DNA from: Cycas panzhihuaensis
Taxonomy: Eukaryota; Plantae; Cycadophyta
Assembly: GCA_023213395.1 (NCBI GenBank)
Contig: CM041465.1
Span: 94,929,741-94,993,740 of the forward strand
Length of the DNA stretch: 64,000 bases
Direction of reading: 5' to 3'
Made by a program: the position numbers and the translations under genes. Below are positions 63,401-64,000 of this stretch, piece after piece (the stretch's first letter is position 1; the number at the start of each line of letters is the position of its first letter). Below the pieces are notes generated by a model that worked only from the letters and a program-made list of their open reading frames with translations, made no database searches and had not been told where the DNA came from.

Positions 63401-64000
63401 TACTAGGGACCCGCCAGTAAGGGAATTAGTCTTTCTCATTTTTCTGTTGGTGCTACTACTTCTTGGTACCTTTCCTTTTTGATCTTGTTGGGTAGCCCCC
63501 AACACGTTCATTACCTTGTTTCTCTCTTCTTCCAGCGTATTAGCAGGACTTACATGCGATGATTCTTACGTCACTTATGAGGCCTACCTCTGTTGTTAGA
63601 AGAGCCCTCATATCATTCCCTTCTCGCATCGGATCCTGATTCAGTCATGGAGGGATCTCTTTCATACCACGCCTATGTGTTTAATTCCCTAGAGCCATCT
63701 ACTTCCTTCAAAGGGTCTGACCAAGGGAGTGAAGACCCCATTTATTATCTAGGTGACCAACCACACCCCCAATCTCATCATTCCTCTACTCACGGAGTAG
63801 AACCTACATCTCCTTTAGAGTTTTGCCACTCCCATGGTGATTCTCATGAGGATCATCCTGTGGGATCGGCTTCATATGAGGCCCCTTCTACCTCTTACGA
63901 TCAAGTGGATACCCCCCCACTGATGATGTAGTAGAAGCTTTGAGCTAATATTTCCAAGCCACTCGTCTCCAACTACACCCAAAGTGGTTTAAGAATATAT
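60423..64000 (+). mobile_element. Element G: 5' end of a Tat/Ogre-like gypsy (LTR ~60423-63390, PBS, start of gag-leading ORF)
   Basis: Starts TGTACC where L breaks off; ends ...GATTCCA, then TAGCGACCATACTAGGGAC (Arg-type PBS, 63392-63410); S/P/H-rich ORF 63593-63931 follows. Confidence 0.7.
60980..61019. repeat. 40-bp near-perfect palindrome in the G LTR
   Basis: ACCATGGTAAACTTCATGGT|ACCATAAAGTTTGCCATGGT, 2 mismatches, both transition type. Confidence 0.9.

Noticed and set aside
63340-63410. tRNA gene
   Set aside because: Only a 3'-end-like stretch and the PBS; no cloverleaf or A/B boxes

Overview
AT-rich eukaryotic (land-plant) heterochromatin made almost entirely of nested, decayed LTR retrotransposons. 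I see no host gene, RNA gene or CRISPR array. A gymnosperm origin is plausible from Tat-type LTR termini and extreme C>T/G>A decay, but this is inference. Elements resolved by TG..CA termini, 5-bp target-site duplications (TSDs), primer-binding sites (PBS) and polypurine tracts (PPT): four Ty1/copia pol-bearing elements (B ~1966-7333 +, C 9795-14875 -, H 26505-40344 -, L 55330-60422 +); four non-autonomous copia derivatives from three LTR families (A 1-1965 and A2 45528-48731, D 8656-17887, E 26674-32880); a solo LTR (4240-4877); Tat/Ogre-like Ty3/gypsy elements and LTR pieces (X, F, J, G); and a short degenerate LTR element K. Nesting: F > H > E; F 3'LTR > D > C; X > B > (A, solo LTR); J > (A2, K); L > G. 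Most notable: (1) three unrelated non-autonomous families cut Gag at the same point and fuse it in frame to an acidic linker and an RNase-H-tail-like end, giving a 'mini-Gag' with no catalytic domain; (2) element E carries a ~1.65-kb CpG-rich cargo island that escaped decay and holds repeated motifs resembling NLR-directed miRNA sites; (3) the Tat-like LTRs end in an inverted copy of their own PBS. All counts and alignments were done by eye.
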